From assembly GCA_963666975.2 (NCBI GenBank), contig CAXVYR010000002.1:288001-352000 (forward strand): a stretch of 64,000 nucleotides of DNA. Direction: 5' to 3'. Position 1 is the first letter of the stretch; every line of letters starts with the position of its first letter. Positions 1 through 9,764 of this stretch are shown piece after piece. The position numbers were made by a program, and so were the translations under genes. Source of the stretch: Terriglobia bacterium. Its GTDB lineage: Bacteria > Acidobacteriota > Terriglobia > 2-12-FULL-54-10. The notes under the pieces were generated by a model. That model did no database searches, had not been told where the DNA came from, and saw only the letters and a list, made by a program, of their open reading frames with translations.

Positions 1-595
1 CTACTCCCCTGGAGGCGGAACTGGAGGAGGAATCGCTGACTCCAGCCTGCAAGGTGGCCAGCTGGCTGTAGCTGCGGCCGTTCAGCGGAAGGCCCAGCAG
101 CTGGCTTTCATTGATCGTATTTTCTGACGCTTCAGAGGAAGACTCTTCCGCCGTGCTCACAGGGGCCGCCTCTTTTTGTTCTTCTTCTGCCTGCTCTTGT
201 TCCGCAGCTTGCCGGGCTTCGGATTCCAGGGCAAACAGAAGAGCAAGCAATTGACCTGCGCTCAAGTCTAAACTTTCCCGAGCCTGAGGCACAAACCCGG
301 CACGCGAAGCTTGAACGGAATAAGCGCCGGGAGAAAGCAGTTGAATTTCAAAGTTTCCCTGGGTATTGCTTTGAGCTGACAAGACCTGCCCGGTAGCTAG
401 GTTTCTGGCGACGACCGTCGTCCCGGAAAGGGGCTCACCCTTTGCGCCTGTGGCCGTCCCGTTCAGCGTTGTCAACCGGCTAGGCTGGGCCACACGGGCC
501 CGCTGGGACACCCCTGCTGACGGAAAGAAAAACGCCAGCATGAGCACAATAGCCGGGACAAGCCACCCGATTCTGATCACGCGGCGATCTTGCAT
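1..595 (-). CDS. TonB-dependent receptor (Oar-like, carboxypeptidase-regulatory-like N-domain), 5' part; runs off the window's left edge
   Basis: Manual translation from ATG at 595: MQDRRVIRIGWLVPAIVLMLAFFLSV (signal peptide)...LNGTATGAKGEPLSGTTVVARNLATG...GAYSVQASRAGF...INESQLLGLPLNGRSYSQLATLQAGV. The LPLNGR motif is typical of this TBDR class. Not in the ORF track because the stop is outside the window. Confidence 0.85.
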   Translation of the reverse strand, partial: MQDRRVIRIGWLVPAIVLMLAFFFPSAGVSQRARVAQPSRLTTLNGTATGAKGEPLSGTTVVARNLATGQVLSAQSNTQGNFEIQLLSPGAYSVQASRAGFVPQARESLDLSAGQLLALLFALESEARQAAEQEQAEEEQKEAAPVSTAEESSSEASENTINESQLLGLPLNGRSYSQLATLQAGVSDSSSSSASRGV

Positions 596-604
596 ATTTT
601 TCTA

Positions 605-1325
605 GGGGCTGTCCTAGCTAAGCAGATTGCTTAGGGATAGGATGGCGATATGTACGAACGGCGTAGTCGGCTGAGCAAGGCGAAGCGGGATCGGTTGGTG
701 GAGCACTTCGTTGCCGGGACGACGGCACGGGCGGCGGCTGAGCTTGTCGGGGTTCATCGGAACACGGCCGCTTCGTTCTATACACGGATTCGCACGGTGA
801 TTGCCGAGGAGACCCAGAAAGCCTCTTCGGTTTGCGGCGAAATCGAAGTGGACGAGAGTTACTTCGGTGGTCGCCGCAAGGGCAAACGCGGTCGTGGTGC
901 TGGCGGGAAAGTCCCGGTTTTCGGGCTTTTGAAGCGTGGAGGAAGGGTCTACACGGTGATGATCCCCAATGCCCGTACGGACACGTTGATGCCGATCATG
1001 GAGCGCCTGATCCAGCCCGACAGCATCGTCTACACGGATGGCTTTTCGAGCTACGATGCTCTGGATGTGTCGGACTTCCACCATGTTCGGATCAACCACT
1101 CGGAACGGTTCGTCGACGAACGGAACCACATCAATGGGATCGAGAACTTCTGGAACCAGGCAAAGCGGCATCTTCGGCGCTTCAACGGGGTGCCCAAACA
1201 GAGTTTTCACCTCTTCCTGAAGGAGTGCGAATGGCGCTTCAATGGCGGTAACCACCGGACACTGCTTAACCAATTGAAGACATGGATCAAATCGAGACAG
1301 AATCACCCTTAGCTAGGACAGCCCC
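605..1325 (+). mobile_element. IS1595-family (IS1016-like) insertion sequence, apparently complete
   Basis: 18-bp perfect terminal IRs GGGGCTGTCCTAGCTAAG (605-622) and CTTAGCTAGGACAGCCCC (1308-1325); 8-bp target duplication TTTTTCTA at 597-604 and 1326-1333; 721 bp long. Confidence 0.95.
650..1312 (+). CDS. IS1595-family transposase
   Basis: EVDESYFGG...GKRGRG...VYTDGF..YD...HINGIENFW...KECEWRFN motifs, 220 aa. Confidence 0.95.
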   Translation: MYERRSRLSKAKRDRLVEHFVAGTTARAAAELVGVHRNTAASFYTRIRTVIAEETQKASSVCGEIEVDESYFGGRRKGKRGRGAGGKVPVFGLLKRGGRVYTVMIPNARTDTLMPIMERLIQPDSIVYTDGFSSYDALDVSDFHHVRINHSERFVDERNHINGIENFWNQAKRHLRRFNGVPKQSFHLFLKECEWRFNGGNHRTLLNQLKTWIKSRQNHP

Positions 1326-1616
1326 TTTTTCTATTGTCTCACAGGTGTTTCACCGGCAGAGGGTCTTAAAGTTTCTGAATGAGGCGAGCATGTGCGACGC
1401 TTCGCCGTCTTGAGCAACCCCGAGGCGCTGAAGCGCACCGGTAAAATCAGGCGGCAGGAACAAACACGGCCGTCAGCGCAACGCCAGCCGGCTTCTACTG
1501 GAGAAAGCCGATACCGCGAGCATCTGAAAATATCCTGATATAAGACAGGCCCCGCCAGGAGATGTTAGTACTTAATCTTCCAGTCGCCGTTCGCATCCCT
1601 CTCACGGTGCGCGCTG

Positions 1617-2083
1617 TGACCGGCCCCCGGTTTTTTGATCCATTATGAAAGTGAGTTTTGCGGCAGAATCTAATACCAAAAGAAGGGGGACAAGCCGTGA
1701 AACAGAAGCGATTCAGCGTGGAGTAGATTGTAGGAGTGTTGAAGCAGGCAGAGGTGGGGGTGCCGGTAGGGGAGCTGGTCCGGAAGGTAGGGATCTCGGA
1801 GCAGACGTTCCGGGAGGAGTGCCTGAATGTACATTGCTTCACAACACTGGGAGAAGCCAGGCAGTTCATCGAGGCTTGGCGGAGGGAGTACAATGAGAGT
1901 CGTCCTCACAGGGCCCTGGGGGAGAGGACGCCGAACGAGTTCGCCTTTCCGATTGCAGATCACTGCAATCTGAAAGGCCTGGAAACAGCCCAAAACTCAC
2001 CCTGAAACTGGTACAAAAATCCGGGGCCCCTCAAGTGATGTAGACTCTCTCACTGAGACTGGCACAAAAAATCGGTCTGGTCA
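1617..2083 (+). mobile_element. Internally deleted IS3-family element (orfA 5' part fused to orfB 3' part)
   Basis: TGACCGGCCCCCGGTTTTTTG...CAAAAAATCGGTCTGGTCA imperfect TG...CA IRs. orfA-like KQKRFSVE*IVGVLKQAEVG...GISEQTF is joined to orfB-like REECLNVHCF..L.EARQFIEAWRREYNESRPHRALG; the DDE core is missing. Confidence 0.85.
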
Positions 2084-2137
2084 TTCTACCGGCCGGGGAG
2101 GTCAAAATGATGGTAATTCCGGTTAGAGGCACATAGG

Positions 2138-3139
2138 ATGCAAATTGGTTTCCACTTGACGCCGTTTTGGAGCCCCACGGATCGCACGCCCACACAGATC
2201 ATCGACGAAGCCATCGAGGTCGTGCGCGCTGCCTCCACCATGGGCTTCGCCTGGGTTTCCATGGGGCAACATTGGCTTTCCCACCCCACCGTCTGGCCCC
2301 AACCGTACCCCCTTGTCGCCCGTCTGGCTCCCGAGACGGGGTCCATGCAGATCAAGACGTCTGTGCTCCTGCTACCTCTGCTGAACCCAGTGGAGGTTGC
2401 GGAAAACGTCGCCACGCTGGACCACATCACCCACGGCCGCCTGCTGTTGGGTGTGGCCATCGGCTACCGCGAGAAGGAGTTGGAGACCATCGGACTCAGC
2501 CGGAAGGACCGCGTCCCGAAGCTGGAGGAATCCATCCAGCTCATGAAGCGGCTTTGGTCAGGCGAGGAGGTGACGTTCCACGGGCGATATGTGAAGGTAA
2601 CGGAGGGTCGCATGGGGTTCGCTCCCTATCAGAATCCTCACCCTCCCATCGAGATGGGGGCGCAGAGCGAAGGGGCTACTCAGCGGGCCGCCCGGATCGC
2701 CGATAGCGTCTTCTTCGGACCGCAGGTGCCCTGGAGAGACGTCCAGAAGCTGGCGGGCGTCTACCGCCAAGCCCGGCAGGATGCTGGCCATGCTGCAAGG
2801 GGGATCATCGGCGCCTCCCGCAGCCTCATGGTGGGCAAGAGCAGGGAGGATGCCGTCCAGACCGCCCGCCAGTATCTCGAGAAGACCTTTCGCATGTACC
2901 GCACGTGGGAGATGCAGGAATCGGCCATGGTTCCGCTGCAACTCGGGTTTGATCGACCCCTTGACGACTGGACTGTCCACGGTTCGCCCAAGGACTGCGT
3001 GGAGATCCTGCTCCGCGCCCGGGACGAGATGGGGTTGGAACGGATCGGCTTCACCATCTACAATCTCCCCCGCGCGCCCCAGGCACGGATCGAATATCTG
3101 CAGATGATCGCCGAGGAGATCGTCCGGAAGGTGGCTTAA
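2138..3139 (+). CDS. LLM-class (luciferase-like) flavin-dependent oxidoreductase
   Basis: GF..VSMGQHW, LLLPLLNPVEVAENVATLDHITHGRLLLGVAIGYR..E and AARIAD motifs. Confidence 0.9.
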   Translation: MQIGFHLTPFWSPTDRTPTQIIDEAIEVVRAASTMGFAWVSMGQHWLSHPTVWPQPYPLVARLAPETGSMQIKTSVLLLPLLNPVEVAENVATLDHITHGRLLLGVAIGYREKELETIGLSRKDRVPKLEESIQLMKRLWSGEEVTFHGRYVKVTEGRMGFAPYQNPHPPIEMGAQSEGATQRAARIADSVFFGPQVPWRDVQKLAGVYRQARQDAGHAARGIIGASRSLMVGKSREDAVQTARQYLEKTFRMYRTWEMQESAMVPLQLGFDRPLDDWTVHGSPKDCVEILLRARDEMGLERIGFTIYNLPRAPQARIEYLQMIAEEIVRKVA

Positions 3140-3175
3140 TGGAAACGGAGGTCTCCCGTCTTCGTCGGTTCATCT

Positions 3176-4549
3176 CTAGTTTACGATGGGTCGCAGCATG
3201 CGGCCGATCGGCTTACCAACCGGCTCTCCATCCTGCATCTGTACATGGCCGCGGACGATCGTACAGACAGGCATTCCTTTGACCTTCCAGCCGTGCCAGG
3301 GCGTTGGTTTGTTCTTGCTGTGCAGTTTGTTTGCATCAATGACTCCCTCCTTGGCCATGTCTACGATCGTCACGTCGCCGTCCGAGCCGAGCCGAATGGC
3401 GCCCTTTTGGGGATAAAGCTGCCAAACCTTTGCCGGGTTCTCACTAGCAACCTTTACGTACTGATTCAAAGTCAGGCGTCCCTTATTGACCTCTGTCAGT
3501 ATCAGAGGTACCCCGGTTTCGACGCCGCAAAAACCGGAAAGGCAATCCCAAATCACCGGCTTCAGCAGCTTCCCTGTAATGTCAGTTCCCTTCTCTTCCA
3601 TGCTATGAGGAGAATGATCCGTCGCTATCATGTCAACATACCCTTGGAGGAGACCGTCCCAGAGGACTTCGGCATGGTCTTTGGAGCGCACGGGAGGATT
3701 CATTTTCAAAAGGGGCCCCACCTCGGCCATGTCCTTGTACTCGCGCAGCAGATAGTGCGGTCCGGTTTCAGCGGTTACTCTTAGGCCCCGCGCCTTGGCG
3801 TCCTTCACCATGAGCGCGGCCTGTTTGGAACTCATGTGAAGGACGTGCAGCTTGGTGCCAAAGGTCTCCGCAAAAAACAGGGCATGGGCGACAGATTCGG
3901 CCTCGCAAATATCCGGCCTCGACGATTCCCAGTATATGGGGTCGTTCTTCCCTTCGGCCTTGAGCTTGTTTGTGCAATAGTTCATAATCTGGCGGTTCTC
4001 GGCGTGGATACCCAAGGGAAGCTTAGATTGGGCGATAAAAGAAAAGGCCTCCATGCACATCCCGTCATCGGGGCAAGGAAGGTTGCCGATGGTTTCGCCG
4101 AAAAAGATTTTATAACCCACGACGCCCGCTTCAGCCATTGGAAGGATCTGGGCCGTGTTGGTCTGGACAACAACTCCCAGTATGCCAAAGTCTGCCAGCG
4201 ATTTCTCTTCCGCCAAGCGCCGTTTTTCTTCTACCTTGTCCGCGTCCGCCGTGGGGGGGACCACGTTCGGCATATCGATAACCGTCGTCACGCCACCGCA
4301 GACTGCTGCGGTTGATCCTGTTCCAAAATCTTCCTTGTAGGTAAGCCCCGGTTCTCTGAAGTGGACGTGGCCATCGATAATTCCTGGAAGAATGTGTTTC
4401 CCCCTCGCATCGATCACCTCCTTGCCTTCGGGCAGGAAATCATCTGCCCCGATGGCAACAAACTTCTCCTCCCTGATCGCAACGCCTCCTGGGAAGGTTT
4501 GTTCCGGTGTAACCACCCAACCGTTCTTAATGACAAGGTCTGCTTTCAT
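3176..4549 (-). CDS. Cyclic amidohydrolase (allantoinase/dihydroorotase-like)
   Basis: PGIIDGHVHFREPG, AAVCGGVTTVIDMPN, GYKIF (carboxylatable Lys), HAEN, HVLHMS, KMNPPVR and ATDHSPH. Confidence 0.9.
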   Translation of the reverse strand: MKADLVIKNGWVVTPEQTFPGGVAIREEKFVAIGADDFLPEGKEVIDARGKHILPGIIDGHVHFREPGLTYKEDFGTGSTAAVCGGVTTVIDMPNVVPPTADADKVEEKRRLAEEKSLADFGILGVVVQTNTAQILPMAEAGVVGYKIFFGETIGNLPCPDDGMCMEAFSFIAQSKLPLGIHAENRQIMNYCTNKLKAEGKNDPIYWESSRPDICEAESVAHALFFAETFGTKLHVLHMSSKQAALMVKDAKARGLRVTAETGPHYLLREYKDMAEVGPLLKMNPPVRSKDHAEVLWDGLLQGYVDMIATDHSPHSMEEKGTDITGKLLKPVIWDCLSGFCGVETGVPLILTEVNKGRLTLNQYVKVASENPAKVWQLYPQKGAIRLGSDGDVTIVDMAKEGVIDANKLHSKNKPTPWHGWKVKGMPVCTIVRGHVQMQDGEPVGKPIGRMLRPIVN

Positions 4550-4836
4550 AATTCCTGCGGGGAAAATCTGTCAGATTGACTGAACGAGTAAACTCGAAGG
4601 CTCATTATACCGAATTGTGTAAAAGGCGCGAATTTCTTTCCGCTGCTTCACTTCTTAACCGCAAATGCTGCGCGGCGCGGTCGCTACCGGCGGGCTAGAG
4701 TCGGTGACTGGCAGGAGGAAACTCGGCGACGATTGAAGGTGGCGGACGGAGAGGCAAGAACTAGCGGAGAAAGCGGATAATGTGAGGTTGTGGATCACCA
4801 TACAAAAGGTGGCTCAAATTCCCCCCAATTATGCTC

Positions 4837-4864
4837 TTGACAAAGGCAAACCGGACGCCATACT
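4837..4864 (+). promoter_or_regulatory. Possible sigma70 promoter for the coxG-M-S-L-like operon
   Basis: TTGACA-16 nt-CATACT in the divergent intergenic region; a second candidate -10 (TACAAT) lies near 4941. Confidence 0.3.
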
Positions 4865-5061
4865 ACCTGCTGACCCGCCAGGGTCTTGACTCATTGCCAA
4901 GTCCGATTTTTTTGCTTGAGGCTGGTATTCGGTTATGGCATACAATGCGCTCTCCCTTTCAGGTACGGAGCGCGAGTATGCTTGCCGCGGATGGGAGAAG
5001 AGACGTGCCCGACAGAGGGCCGGACCGCGGGGGAGTACCTTGCATCGTTTGAGAGCGTGCC

Positions 5062-5550
5062 ATGAAAATCGAGGAGACCTTCCAGGTTCCCACTTCCGTC
5101 GACCGAGTTTGGGACTTTATTACCGACCCCAACAAGATTGCTTCCTGTCTTCCTGCCGTGCAGTCGGTGCAGATCCTGGATGATCGCCATTATGAGGTTG
5201 TCGTCAAACAAAGGGTCGGCTTTATCTCGGCCACCTTCAAGATCCATACGGAGGTTTTGGAGAAAGAGGCCCCATTTCGAATGGTGCTTTCGAACAAGGG
5301 TAAGACCATCGCAGGAGCCCGCGGGACGTTGAAATCCACCGATACGATTGTCTTGAAAGCCGCGCCCGATCAATCCACCGAGGTTCACGTTGTTTCGGAG
5401 GTGACATTGGGCGGACAACTGGCAATCCTAGGAGCCAAGCTGATTGAAGCAAAGTCGAAGGAATTATTCGTGGAGGCTACCGCGAATCTCAAAGAGAAAC
5501 TGGGGGGGCGTTCCGCGCCGCCTGCTTCAGCACCCGTACAGATGCACTAG
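5062..5550 (+). CDS. CoxG/SRPBCC-family protein
   Basis: F.VP..VDRVWDFITDP..IASCLP...GGQLAILG; located directly upstream of Mo-hydroxylase genes. Confidence 0.85.
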   Translation: MKIEETFQVPTSVDRVWDFITDPNKIASCLPAVQSVQILDDRHYEVVVKQRVGFISATFKIHTEVLEKEAPFRMVLSNKGKTIAGARGTLKSTDTIVLKAAPDQSTEVHVVSEVTLGGQLAILGAKLIEAKSKELFVEATANLKEKLGGRSAPPASAPVQMH

Positions 5551-5649
5551 GGCAAGGCCATTGCGTTTTTGCGACCGCTGCTCCAGAGTTTGAAAGGCCT
5601 GTTCTCCCGCAAATGGATGGTGAAGCCGGAGTGATCCGAGAAAACGTTC

Positions 5650-6531
5650 ATGGGACTGAGAAATTTCGAGTACATTGAGCCTTCCAGCGTTCATGAGGCC
5701 AGCCGGTTTATAGCCGGTCATCCAGAGGAGGCACGCATCTACGCGGGGGGGACTTCCTTGCTTCTTCTCATGAAGCAGGGTATTGTCCGCCCAGCCTACC
5801 TTGTGAATATCAAAAAGATTCCCGGCCTGCGATACATCGAAAACGGGAATTCTACGATTCGGATCGGCAGCCTCACTACCCATCACGACCTGGAGGTTTC
5901 GCCCCTCATCAAACGGTTCGTGCCAGCAATCGCTGAGGTCGAGCCGGAGGTGGCGAACATTCGTGTGCGCAGCACCGGAACAGTGGGCGGAAATCTCGGA
6001 TTCGGAGAGCCTCTCACGGATCTTCCCCCGATCCTCATCGCTCTCGATGCCCGAATCAAAGTTGCAGATCAAAACGAAGACCGTGTTATCCCATTGGAAC
6101 AGCTGTTTGCCGGCTACTATGAAACCACCCTAAAGCCGAACGAACTCATTACCGAAGTCCAGGTAGATCGCATGGCGCCACACTTTGGCCTCAAGTACAT
6201 GAGGTTCTCGGTCGGGTCTGATAAGCCGGCCGTCGGCTGCGCGATCGGAGTGCGGTTGGATCCGCGCACCGGGACGTGCGTGGATGCGCGTTGTGTTTTG
6301 GGGTGTGTTGCTCCGACACCCCTTCGGGTCCGGGAGGCGGAAGAAGTGCTGAAGGGTAAACCGTTTCGCGCTGATCTGGCCGAACAGGCGGCTCGTCTCG
6401 CTTCACAGGCCTGCTCCCCTTTGAGTGATCTGCGCGGATCGGAGCAGTACAAGCGCACCATCGTGGGTGTGCTAATGAGGAGAGCTGTGGGGGAGGCTTT
6501 CCGGAGGGCTGAGAGTCAAAGCGCTGACTAG
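5650..6531 (+). CDS. Xanthine dehydrogenase/CoxM-family FAD-binding subunit
   Basis: FEYIEP, AGGTSLL, VANIRVRSTGTVGGNL and SDLRGS.YKR. Confidence 0.92.
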   Translation: MGLRNFEYIEPSSVHEASRFIAGHPEEARIYAGGTSLLLLMKQGIVRPAYLVNIKKIPGLRYIENGNSTIRIGSLTTHHDLEVSPLIKRFVPAIAEVEPEVANIRVRSTGTVGGNLGFGEPLTDLPPILIALDARIKVADQNEDRVIPLEQLFAGYYETTLKPNELITEVQVDRMAPHFGLKYMRFSVGSDKPAVGCAIGVRLDPRTGTCVDARCVLGCVAPTPLRVREAEEVLKGKPFRADLAEQAARLASQACSPLSDLRGSEQYKRTIVGVLMRRAVGEAFRRAESQSAD

Positions 6532-6538
6532 GTGAACG

Positions 6539-7021
6539 ATGAAGCGAGCCATCCAAGTTACCGTCAACGGTGGAGTCCACGAGTTGAGCGTAGAACCGCG
6601 GGAGACTCTTTTGGAGATCCTTCGAGGGCCGGTGGGCTTGACCGGCACCAAATTGGGATGCGATCAGCAAGTGTGTGGATCGTGTACGGTCTTGATGAAC
6701 GGCCTGCCGGTCAGTTCCTGCTCCGTTCTGGGAGTGGACGCGGCCGGCAACGAGGTCCTGACCATCGAGGGGTTGGCGACCGATGGAGAATTACACCCCA
6801 TTCAGAAGGCGTTTATCGAACACGGGGCTTTCCAATGCGCATACTGCACTTCCGGTCTGATCCTGGCCGTGAAGGCGCTTCTGGATCAGCTCCCTGCACC
6901 GGAGGAAGGCCAAATTCGCCACTTCTTGGCCGGCAACATCTGCCGTTGCGGATGTCATTTGGAAATTCTGCAAGCCGTGCGGTCGCTGCTTCAACAGTCG
7001 CAGCAGCGGAAGGAGGCTTGA
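6539..7021 (+). CDS. (2Fe-2S)-binding small subunit (CoxS/XdhC-like)
   Basis: GTKLGCDQQVCGSCTV...SC and FQCAYC...GNICRC; two 2Fe-2S motifs. Confidence 0.93.
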   Translation: MKRAIQVTVNGGVHELSVEPRETLLEILRGPVGLTGTKLGCDQQVCGSCTVLMNGLPVSSCSVLGVDAAGNEVLTIEGLATDGELHPIQKAFIEHGAFQCAYCTSGLILAVKALLDQLPAPEEGQIRHFLAGNICRCGCHLEILQAVRSLLQQSQQRKEA

Positions 7022-9369
7022 TGGGCAAGTTTTCCGTGATTGGCCAGTCGGTTCCCCGACTGGAGAGCGAGGAGAAAGTAACCGGCCAGTTGAAATTTCT
7101 AGACGATCTCAAGCTTCCCGGACTGCTGTACGGAAAGATTCTTCGGAGTCCCCATGCCCATGCCAAGATTCTGCATATTGATGCCGGGCAGGCAACAAAG
7201 CTTCCCGGGGTCGTTGCCGTTTTGACTCGGGACGACGTCATCGGCAATCAGGCCTATGACTCCCATTACGGGCCGATCCTGAAGGACCAGACCATTGTAG
7301 CTCTTGACAAGGTCCGTTACGTAGGGGATCCAGTGGCGGCGGTAGCGGCAACGAGTCCGTACGTGGCTGAGGAAGCTATGGAACTGATCGAAGTCGACTA
7401 CGACGAATTGCCGGCTGTCTTGGATTCGGAAGAGGCGCTCGCCGAGAATGCACCGCTCCTTCACGAGAAGATTCAGAAGCCCCGCCAGGGTTTTGCGGAT
7501 CTGTCCGATGTCGGGCACGTCGAAGGAACCAATATCTGCAACCATTTTCACTTGAGCAAGGGAGATGTCGAAAAAGGATTCCGGGAATCGGACCACATTT
7601 TTGAGCATGTCTTTACCTCGCCTGCCGCTCAGCACGCGGCCCTGGAATCTTTCTCGGCGGTCGCCAGCTTTGACTCGTCTGGACGACTGACCATCTGGTC
7701 CACCGTACAAAATCCGTTTGTGATTCGGGACCAGATTGCCGAGCTGTTCCATCGGCCACTCTCGAAAGTGCGGGTCATTGCTCTTCACTTAGGCGGGGGC
7801 TATGGCTCCAAGCTTTACCCTAAACTGGAGCCTTTGGTGGCGGCCCTGGCGCACAAGGCAAAACGTCCGGTAGGCGTTACACTGACCCGGGAAGAGGTCT
7901 TTCTTACCATTACAAAGCACGCGGCGAAGATCTACGTGAAGACAGGAGTATCCAAAAACGGCAGGATCCTGGCCCGTGAGTGCCGGGTTGACCTGGACAC
8001 AGGGGCGTACGCGGAGATCGGTCCCAGAGTATCGAAAAAGTCCGGATACACGGCAGCGGGCCCGTATGAAATCCCGAACGTCCTGATTGACTCCTACTTG
8101 CTCTATACCAACAAAGTGCCGGCCGGCGCATTTCGGGGATTCGGAGTGTCACAGTCCAACTGGGCTCATGAATCGCAAATGGACATTATCGCGCGTGCTC
8201 TGAAGATGGACCCTCTGGAGTTGAGGCGAAAGAATCTGCTGGATGAGGGCGGAGAGTTCGTTACGGGCGAACGTGTTCACAGCGCGGCTATGATGGAATG
8301 CCTGAACAAAGCCGCGGCTGCTGTCCGGTGGGGAACGCGGTCCGAGCCCGCAAGCAAATCGGCGGCTCGCGGCAAAGGTCTTGCCTGTCTCATTAAAGCA
8401 ACCATTACTCCTTCCATCTCCTCGGCCCTGGTCCGCCTGAACGAGGACGGAAGCGCCACCGTCTATGTGGGAACCACCGACATGGGTCAGGGCTCCGACA
8501 CGGTGATGGCCCAAATCGCGAGCGAAGAGCTGCGCATCCCTCTGGATCAAATTGGGGTTGTCCACTCAGATACCGATCTCACTCCATACGATCTGACGAC
8601 TTCCTCCAGTCGCTCCACGTTCCACATGGGACGAGCTGTTCAGATGGCCGCCCGAGATGTCAGTGTACAGCTTGCTTGCATGGCGGCCCGGCTGTTCAAT
8701 GTCGGCCCGGAGGAAGTAGTCTGCGAGAATCAGGGAGTCAGACCGGGAGACAATAGCGCTCCGAGCCTGAGTTACAATGCCCTCCTCCTCAAAAACTTCG
8801 GAATCAAAGGGGCTAATCTGATAGGAAAAGGGACCGTGAAGACTCGCTCAACGTTGGACAACGGAGAGCATGTAACGTCCGCTTTTTGGTTCGCTGGGGC
8901 CGCCGCCGCTGAGGTGGAGGTGGATCGCGACACTGGGCAGGTCCGTGTAGTGCGGTATGCGATTGCAGCGGATGTCGGGAAAGCACTCAACCCGTTGTTT
9001 TGTGAACAACAACTCCGCGGGGGCACAATCACCGGAATTGGACTGGCTTTAATGGAACAACTTGTTTACCAGGGGGGGTTACTGATCAACCCTAATTTCC
9101 TCGATTACAATCTGCCCCGCTTTCTGGATGTTCCGGAAGAGATTATCCCCATTCTGGTAGAACGGGCTCATCCGGAGGGACCTTTTGGCGCGAAGGGATT
9201 AGGCGAAACAGCGCTCATTCCCGCTGCTCCAGCGATTGCCAATGCCGTTGAAGATGCCGTAGGCGTCAGGATCACTGAATTGCCGATAACGCCGGAAAGA
9301 GTTTTGTCGGCCTTGCAGCAGAAGCAAGAGGAAAAAGTAAAGAAGTCGACTCTTTCCAGGGTATCGTGA
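7021..9369 (+). CDS. Xanthine dehydrogenase-family molybdopterin-binding large subunit
   Basis: Likely start ATG at 7021 (TGATG overlap, GGAGG RBS). Motifs KVTG, GGGYGSK, AFRGFG, DMGQG, SSRST and GAKGLGE (catalytic Glu). The loop is not the CODH AYxCSFR/AYRGAGR type. Confidence 0.93.
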   Translation: MGKFSVIGQSVPRLESEEKVTGQLKFLDDLKLPGLLYGKILRSPHAHAKILHIDAGQATKLPGVVAVLTRDDVIGNQAYDSHYGPILKDQTIVALDKVRYVGDPVAAVAATSPYVAEEAMELIEVDYDELPAVLDSEEALAENAPLLHEKIQKPRQGFADLSDVGHVEGTNICNHFHLSKGDVEKGFRESDHIFEHVFTSPAAQHAALESFSAVASFDSSGRLTIWSTVQNPFVIRDQIAELFHRPLSKVRVIALHLGGGYGSKLYPKLEPLVAALAHKAKRPVGVTLTREEVFLTITKHAAKIYVKTGVSKNGRILARECRVDLDTGAYAEIGPRVSKKSGYTAAGPYEIPNVLIDSYLLYTNKVPAGAFRGFGVSQSNWAHESQMDIIARALKMDPLELRRKNLLDEGGEFVTGERVHSAAMMECLNKAAAAVRWGTRSEPASKSAARGKGLACLIKATITPSISSALVRLNEDGSATVYVGTTDMGQGSDTVMAQIASEELRIPLDQIGVVHSDTDLTPYDLTTSSSRSTFHMGRAVQMAARDVSVQLACMAARLFNVGPEEVVCENQGVRPGDNSAPSLSYNALLLKNFGIKGANLIGKGTVKTRSTLDNGEHVTSAFWFAGAAAAEVEVDRDTGQVRVVRYAIAADVGKALNPLFCEQQLRGGTITGIGLALMEQLVYQGGLLINPNFLDYNLPRFLDVPEEIIPILVERAHPEGPFGAKGLGETALIPAAPAIANAVEDAVGVRITELPITPERVLSALQQKQEEKVKKSTLSRVS

Positions 9370-9764
9370 ATAGTGGAAAACGGCGGAAGCAGAAGAGGAC
9401 TTTTTCTTTCTCAGTATAGACTAGCTTTTTTGCATCCTAAGATTGTCCGAACAGAGCCAACAAACCGTTATACTTTGCGGCGCATGTAAGGGTTCCTGGG
9501 GCGGTCGGGTCTAACAAATATCCTTATGTCATTTCCGGTTATTGCCGTGTCAGCCAAAGTAGATGGGGGCCTGGGCACTGCAGATCGCCCTGCCGATCCG
9601 GCTCCCCAGAACCGACTCCAATCAGCCCGGCAACAGGCGCGTCGTGTCAGCACAGCATCAGATTCGGAACACTCTTAAAGCATTATTAGCATCGTGGGAA
9701 GGCTTGGCACGGCCGGGCACGCAAGCGGAAAGGGCGACTCCTCAGGAACGTTACAGGAGAATTT

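Noticed and set aside
6532-7020. 163-aa N-terminal extension of the large-subunit ORF
   Set aside because: It overlaps the 2Fe-2S subunit in another frame; the real start is at 7021.
5062-9369. Aerobic CO dehydrogenase call
   Set aside because: The active-site loop is AFRGFG, not AYxCSFR (form I) or AYRGAGR (form II).
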